A stretch of 64,000 bases of DNA from Octopus vulgaris (Eukaryota): NCBI GenBank assembly GCA_951406725.2, contig OX597836.1, positions 21,700,001 to 21,764,000 of the forward strand, given 5' to 3'. How positions within the stretch are numbered: the first letter of the stretch is position 1; the number at the start of each line of letters is the position of its first letter. Position numbers and translations under genes: made by a program. Below the pieces are notes generated by a model. That model saw nothing but the letters and a program-made list of their open reading frames with translations, did not search any database and had not been told where the DNA came from. Shown one piece after another: positions 57,248-64,000 of the stretch.

Positions 57248-57808
57248 TCTCCTTCGATTTAACTGTTTAAAGTTTTTCTTCTATCTACTCTGCGTTGTAT
57301 GATGTAGAGTTGTCCGTTAAGTTAGAAGCAAACGATCTCCATTTCAAGTTTTGATTGGATAATCACTTATAGTCCACCATCACTTCAAGAAAAAGTCGAA
57401 GGTTGTTCATAGTAAGGTGGGGGAGCTCGATTCCACATTTTTAGTATACATGACAGATGCTCTATTGTTGGACCAAAGTAATCCTTCGAATTTCTCTGAA
57501 CATTTTTGAACCTTCGCTCTTACGACCGAGAATTCTATGTAGTTGACATCATAAGAACTTAGAAACTTCGAGAGAACGAGAAACACTTTTTCTTCTTGGA
57601 GCAGTAAAAGTCGAAGTAGTTGTGATGTGGTGTGATGTAGTGTCGTGTGCTGTGAGTTGCTGTTGGTGGTGGAGGAGGTTGTAATAGTAGTGGTGGTGGG
57701 GATGGTAGTGATGGTGGTGGTCATGGTAATGTTTTGGCGAGGATTTGGCTCAGTTTGATATAGTGTGGTGTGGTGCTGTACGACGCTGTATCTCTGACAC
57801 TAATTAAC

Positions 57809-57831
57809 ATGGCGGAAATATCCGGCGCCAA
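57809..57831 (+). CDS. Candidate first coding exon (MAEISGA + AA, phase 2) of an unidentified gene
   Basis: aacATGGCG start context followed by a consensus AA|gtaagt donor in non-repetitive sequence; no partner exon found. Confidence 0.35.
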
Positions 57832-58005
57832 GTAAGTGAATTTCATCAACACAATCGGAAAGGTTAATAAACTATTTCTGATGTATCTACATGTACAGAC
57901 ATGCGCATGCCTGCATTGTATATACAATAACCAAATGTGCGTATATATGTATATATGAGTGTGTGTGTGTGTGTATGCATGTGTGTATATATATATGTTT
58001 TTATG

Positions 58006-58050
<45 letters not shown>

Positions 58051-58071
58051 GTATATATATATACAGTGTAC

Positions 58072-58108
<37 letters not shown>

Positions 58109-58668
58109 CATACGTACATATATATATACACATATACGTGAGAACGCACACACACACACATATACACAGGCCTATGTGTAACTCTCTGGATCTCTGTGCA
58201 CCTGTGTATATGCTTTCATGAAGTTGTGTGTATTTGTGTATATGTATGTGTGCAATTGCGTATGCGCATGTGCACGCAAAGAAAAATATGCGTGCTTGAG
58301 CGTTTCTGTGTGTTTATATGCGTGCTTGTGTGCGTGTGTGTGTGTGTGTGTGTGCACGCATATAAATACGCGTGCTTATGTGTACCTGTATAAATATGAG
58401 TTTTTTTTTTTTTTCTAATTAGCTTTGTGTTGAGGATCTGTGTGTGGGCGTATGTGTTTGCGCAAGTAAATGGATGAGCATATAAATATGTTTGAGTGCC
58501 AAGTATAATGTGTATGTGCTTGTGTGTGTGTGTGTGTGTGTGTTGTGTGTGTATGTGAGAGTGAGAGGGGGGGGAGAAATTGCGTGGGATTGTGAGTGTG
58601 TGTGTGTAAGAGAGAGAGTTGGAAAGATAAAGAGATTGTGCATAACTCTGTGTGTGTGTATGAGTGTT

Positions 58669-58739
<71 letters not shown>

Positions 58740-59534
58740 GCGCGTGAAAAATTATAAACGTCTGTGAAACTGTGTGCGTACACTTGTATGTATGTGTATG
58801 TATGTACGTATGTATGTGTGCGTATGTACGTGTGTATATGTGTGTGTGTGCTAGTACACATGCACGTGTGTGCTTGTATACATGTACGAGTGTGCTAGTA
58901 CACATGCACCTGTGTGCTTGTAAAGAAGTGTGTACAAATTGTTGAATGAAGACATACAAGGTCAAACACCTTTCCATCCTCGTCTTCTTCCAAAGCCACG
59001 AGAAGCACGTCTAAACTATTTCCTTTTGGTATAATCTCTCCAAATTATGCTAATCCATTAATCCATTTTCTGGATCATGGATACAACATTGACTAACAAC
59101 AACACGCATCTTACTGTTATGGCGAAATCCTGACACCCCTGTGGGATAGAAAGTGAACTGTCCTAAACCTTATGAAGGCGCATGCGTACTGACAATGCGA
59201 GGTACAGTGCAGTGTGTTAATCCTTAGAATGAAGAATTGGTAGAATGTGGTGTGTGCAGTCGCATTTGGGAAGGCAGTCGTAGAAGTTGTTGAGGAGAGA
59301 TGCAAGTTTGCTACGTGTTTGTTACTGGTTTAGTTTTTGTGTTATAACACTATTACAGTGTAGTCTATATCCAAACTCAAGGATGTAATTGCTGACAGCT
59401 CCCTCTTTTCTTTCTGCCCTTTTTTTGCTAATCTCGTGAAAGCGTTACCGACGGGCTAAGTAACGCAATGTAAAACAGAATTATTATAGGATTAGTAGTG
59501 ATAGTAGTAGTAGAAGTAGTAGTAGTAGTAGAAG

Positions 59535-59588
59535 GGATTATTATTATTATTGTTATTATTATTATTATTATTATTATTGTTATTGTTA

Positions 59589-59646
<58 letters not shown>

Positions 59647-59648
59647 CA

Positions 59649-59724
<76 letters not shown>

Positions 59725-59747
59725 TATTATCATTATCATCATCATCA

Positions 59748-59796
<49 letters not shown>

Positions 59797-59831
59797 CATT
59801 ATCATCATCATCATCATCATCATTATTATTA

Positions 59832-59895
<64 letters not shown>

Positions 59896-59900
59896 CATTA
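59535..59900. repeat. Compound (ATT)n/(ATC)n microsatellite
   Basis: Direct reading. Confidence 0.95.
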
Positions 59901-60774
59901 ACGACTTCGGTTTGATAAATACATCAATAGCTTCGTATCATTATTAAGAGGTATATCTATGACCACCCAGAACCTTCTCGAATGTGTGCCACGTTATTTA
60001 CACACCTAATTACTGTTTTCCATCCATCCTGTTCCACCCGCTCATTATATCCACTCTCTCCAAACCAATACTTTTTCTTACACAGCCACCCACAAAAGAT
60101 GCCAAAAATAAATAAATAAATAAATAAACACAAACCAGGTTAAAAATGTCAAAACTTTTAGTTAGATAAGTATCTCTATTGAAGTTTCATGTTAAGCCAT
60201 AGAAAAAACAGACGATCAGTGAAAAGGAGGAGGTGGCAGAGGAAGCAAGTAGGAGAATGAAGGGGAGTGTGCGGGAAAGAGAGGGGGTAGAGAGTGAGAG
60301 AGAAAGGGAGTACGTGAGAGGGGAAATGTTAGAGAGATGGAAGGAATGTGTAAGAGAGGGAAAGATTGGGAGAGAGGAGGGAGAATCTCATAACTGACGC
60401 CACCTTATAAACAGATAACAGAAGTGATGGGTTAGCTGTTGTTGTTGTTGGTGGTGGCGGTGGTTGTGGCATTAATGGTGGTGGTAGTGTGTGGTGGTGA
60501 TGATAGTGGTGGTTGTGGTGGTTGTGGTGGTAATGCTTTGTTTCAATTTTGTAATCTTTGGAGGTGGATGGTAAGATTTCATTGGGTGTTGCATCATTTC
60601 GAAGTTTGAGGAGAGAAAGGGAGAGTGAGAGAGAGAGAGTGAGAAAGAGAAAGAAAGAGGAAGAGAGGAGAAAGAGAGAGATAGAATAGAATAAGGAATG
60701 GTTAACAAGTTTGTAGTCATACCGTCAATACATATACATACATACACACAGGCAGTGAAAGAGAGAAAGGCTGC

Positions 60775-60826
<52 letters not shown>

Positions 60827-60837
60827 CATATATATAT

Positions 60838-60875
<38 letters not shown>

Positions 60876-61022
60876 GTAAACGTTAAAAAAAACACAAACT
60901 GGGACAAGAACGTGAAACATTTTGAAGACGACAAAAAAACACACAGACGGGACTTTCGAAGCTCTCAGTCATCAGTCAAGAACCAGATCATCTTCGCAAT
61001 TTCGGCTGATTAATCTTGTATG

Positions 61023-61088
<66 letters not shown>

Positions 61089-61600
61089 CTAGCAGTATCG
61101 CCCGGTGTTGCTCGGGTTTGTAAGGGAAATAACTATATAAGCATTTTTAGAGAGTTACTTCCCTTATAGATGCCAATTCGGGCTTTCTTAGCCATTTCTG
61201 TTTTGGTGTCTTCAAGCCATGAAGTCGTTGTTCTAAAAGAACGCTGGTCTCCTTGACAACGCTTTACGACGTTGATTTCCTTACCCTCCCTTCCCCACAG
61301 CTTCACGAGGGAGGGAAGAAGGGGGAGAAGCAAACACAGGTGCAGGTGTTTGAGCGTGGACGCCAACTCCGCCGCCATCGACACACGAAAAATTATGCAT
61401 TAAAATGGAATAAAAAATGATGTTAAATTATTTTTAAATCGTAGACTCATCGTAGACGCGCGCTAATAGCCAGACGGGCTTGATATTAATCACGACTATA
61501 AGATACCCGAATTTGGTTAAACTGCACCGCAAAATTGGGAGTAGTTAAGAATCTAAATCGTAGGAGACAGACACTCACACAACTACAGTTTTATATATAT
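61089..61600 (-). mobile_element. Non-autonomous Helitron-like element, longer variant
   Basis: Same 3' end and body as 38812-39113 plus ~220 bp extra (about 61170-61390); 5' end merges into (TA)n. Confidence 0.8.
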
Positions 61601-61994
61601 ATATATATATATATATGGTGGTTGTTTATTCCTTATGCAGAGTTTGACTACCTCCTGTACTTACACCATAGCACCATCATGGCTTCTGATGTGGCTTTTT
61701 AAACAAGACACCCACGTATATTGCCCTTCCGATTTGGACCACCAAAAGCTGCAGATAAGTTCTGCTCTTTGTGGATTCGTTGGATTTGCAAACCTACTGG
61801 CATACACTACGTTCAAAGGTGTGCACAGACATATAGGCAGAATAAGTTGGTGGAGCTTCGTTTTCCATGGGTTCCGCAGATGAGATTTTAGGCCAGCAAA
61901 AGACAGGCATGGTCTGTCACTGTGCACACAAAAGGGTCGTTGTCATTCACCTTCTCAATCGTTACATTTTTTCTTAGATCTCTTTTGAGTCTTA

Positions 61995-62172
61995 CAGAGT
62001 GTGACAAGCCTGGCTCTTTGAAATACTGGTATAACTTATTTTTGTCAGCTGAGTGGACTGGAGCAATGTGAAATAAAGTGTCTTGCTCAAGGACACAACG
62101 CGTCGCCAGGAATTGAACTCACGTCCTTGCAATCGTGAGCCAAATACCCCAACCACCAACCCACGCGCCTTC
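61995..62172 (-). mobile_element. tRNA-derived CORE-like SINE, diverged
   Basis: Head and body match ~36345-36485; tail ggcttgtcacactctg resembles ~17090. Confidence 0.75.
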
Positions 62173-62175
62173 ATG

Positions 62176-62241
<66 letters not shown>

Positions 62242-62812
62242 TTCAGATATATGCACTTACAGACATACATACGCACAACGCACACACACGCTTTACACTC
62301 TTTGTATTCATATATATATATGTATATATGGAGGGAGGGAGAGAGAGAGAGAAAGTAAAAGAGGGAAAGAGAGAGTGAGAGAGAGAAAGAGAGAGAGAGG
62401 GCGAAGATTGGATGAAAGGATGAAAGAGATTGGAGAAACCGAAGAAAGATAAACAGAAGAGATAATTAAAAATTAAGCCACGAACCGCCAGATCAAGCGA
62501 GAGAAAGGAGGGGGGAGGGTAAATAGTAAAGGAGAGAGAGAAAGAGAGTGAGAGCAGGAGGGGGACGAATGGGTAAACATACCGACAAACTGATACGCAG
62601 ACATACAAGGCAGAAGATTTAAGAAGAAAATGAATAAATAATATATAAACCTTTCCAGTAGCTAGGAAGGTTTAGTAATGAGAAGCTGGTGAAGACAGAG
62701 ATCAGACATGAGTTGAAACAACAGCACCATTGTTAGTGAGGTGGGTTTATTTTCTTCGTTTTTTTTTTTTTGCTGGGGCATTTACTGGTTGTTGCGATTT
62801 TCTATTTTTCCA

Positions 62813-63591
62813 GTTTGGTCGTCTGCTTAATTGAGGGAGAAAGTTCGGTCATTATTGTCCTTAATTGAGGGAGAAAGTTTGGTCGTCTGCTTAATTGAGG
62901 GAGAAAGTTTGGTCGTCTGCTCAATTGAGGGAGAAAGTTTGGTCGTCTGCTTAATTGAAGGAGAAAGTTTGGTCGTCTGCTCAATTGAGGGAGGAAGTTT
63001 GGTCGTCTGCTTAATTGAGGGAGAAAGTTTGGTCGTCTGCTTAATTGAGGGAGAAAGTTTGGTCGTCTGCTTAATTGAGGGAGGAAGTTTGGTCGTCTGC
63101 TCAATTGAGGGAGAAAGTTTGGTCGTCTGCTTAATTGAAGGAGAAAGTTTGGTCGTCTGCTTAATTGAGGGAGAAAGTTTGGTCGTCTGCTTAATTGAGG
63201 GAGAAAGTTTGGTCGTCTGCTTAATTGAGGGAGGAAGTTTGGTCGTCTGCTTAATTGAGGGAGAAAGTTTGGTCGCCTGCTTAATTGAGGGAGGAAGTTT
63301 GGTCGTCTGCTTAATTGAGGGAGGAAGTTTGGTCGTCTGATTAATTGAGGGAGAATGTTTGGTCGTCTGATTAATTGAGGGAGAAAGTTTGGTCGTCTGC
63401 TTAATTGAGGGAGAAAGTTTGGTCGTCTGCTTAATTGAAGGAGGAAGTTTGGTCGTCTGCTTAATTGAGGGAGAAAGTTTGGTCGTCTGCTTAATTGAGG
63501 GAGAAAGTTTGGTCGTCTGCTTAATTGAGGGAGAAAGTTTGGTCGTCTGCTTAATTGAGGGAGGAAGTTTGGTCGTCTGCTTAATTGAGGG
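62813..63591. repeat. Minisatellite, ~26 x 30 bp (gtttggtcgtctgcttaattgagggagaaa)
   Basis: Exact 30 bp period from 62877; one 34 bp variant unit near 62843. Confidence 0.97.
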
Positions 63592-63723
63592 ATCGGAAGT
63601 GGGGATAAAACGGGAAAAGAAATTCAAGAGAGGGAAAAAGATAAAGTGAGAGAAATGAGAAGAGGGAGCAGCGAGGGAGAAGGTGTGGATAGAGGAAATG
63701 AGGTGTATACATATATATATATA

Positions 63724-63952
63724 TTTCTTTACTACCCACAAGGGGCTAAACACAGAGGGGACAAACAAGGACAGACAAACGGATCAAGTCGATTGCATCG
63801 ACCCCAGTGCGTAACTGGTACTTAATTTATCGACCCCGAAAGGATGAAAGGCAAAGTCGACCTCGTCGGAATTTGAACTCAGAACGTAACGGCAGACGAA
63901 ATACGGCTATGCATTTCGCCCGGCGCGCTAACGTTTCTGCCGGCTCGCCGCC
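63724..63952 (-). mobile_element. SINE family A, full length
   Basis: TSD-like aatgaggt..atacatatatat at ~63697 and ~63955. Confidence 0.9.
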
Positions 63953-64000
63953 CTAATGAGGTTCATACATATATATTTGTGCGCAGGAGTAGCTGTGTGG

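Noticed and set aside
57407-57724. Minus-strand Thr/His-rich ORF
   Set aside because: Driven by low-complexity (GGT/GTA) sequence; no recognisable domain.
60940-60980. Hammerhead motif on minus strand (CTGATGA...GAAA...GTC); also ~3345-3372, ~4388-4420, ~39194-39220
   Set aside because: Stems I-III cannot be formed convincingly or the core is incomplete; kept only as part of the unclassified repeat finding.

Overview
Eukaryotic, AT-rich, extremely microsatellite- and retroposon-dense DNA. The SINE families and repeat landscape look like an Octopus (coleoid cephalopod) genome; this is inferred from recall, no search was run. Almost all long ORFs in the track are microsatellite read-throughs. 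One host gene is well supported: three + strand coding exons (14411-14491, 25720-25857, 28186-28442) splice in frame into the C-terminal part of a four-TM PMP22/EMP/claudin-superfamily protein; its 5' exons were not found. A possible first coding exon of a second gene lies at 57809-57831. The rest is mobile DNA: three tRNA-type SINE groups, R4/Dong-like RLE retrotransposon ends, Tx1/L1-like, RTE-like and CR1-like LINE fragments, mariner, pogo, Tigger and hAT relics, non-autonomous Helitrons, fold-back elements and two tandem arrays (140 bp and 30 bp units). Most notable: (1) a stack of different retroelements each separated by (AAT)n at 32.7-36.0 kb, including a ~560 bp non-coding element found only inside (AAT)n; (2) four minimal hammerhead-ribozyme-like motifs; (3) a SINE 3' tail shared with Tx1-like ends; (4) inverted SINEs and a 140 bp array bracketing one exon.
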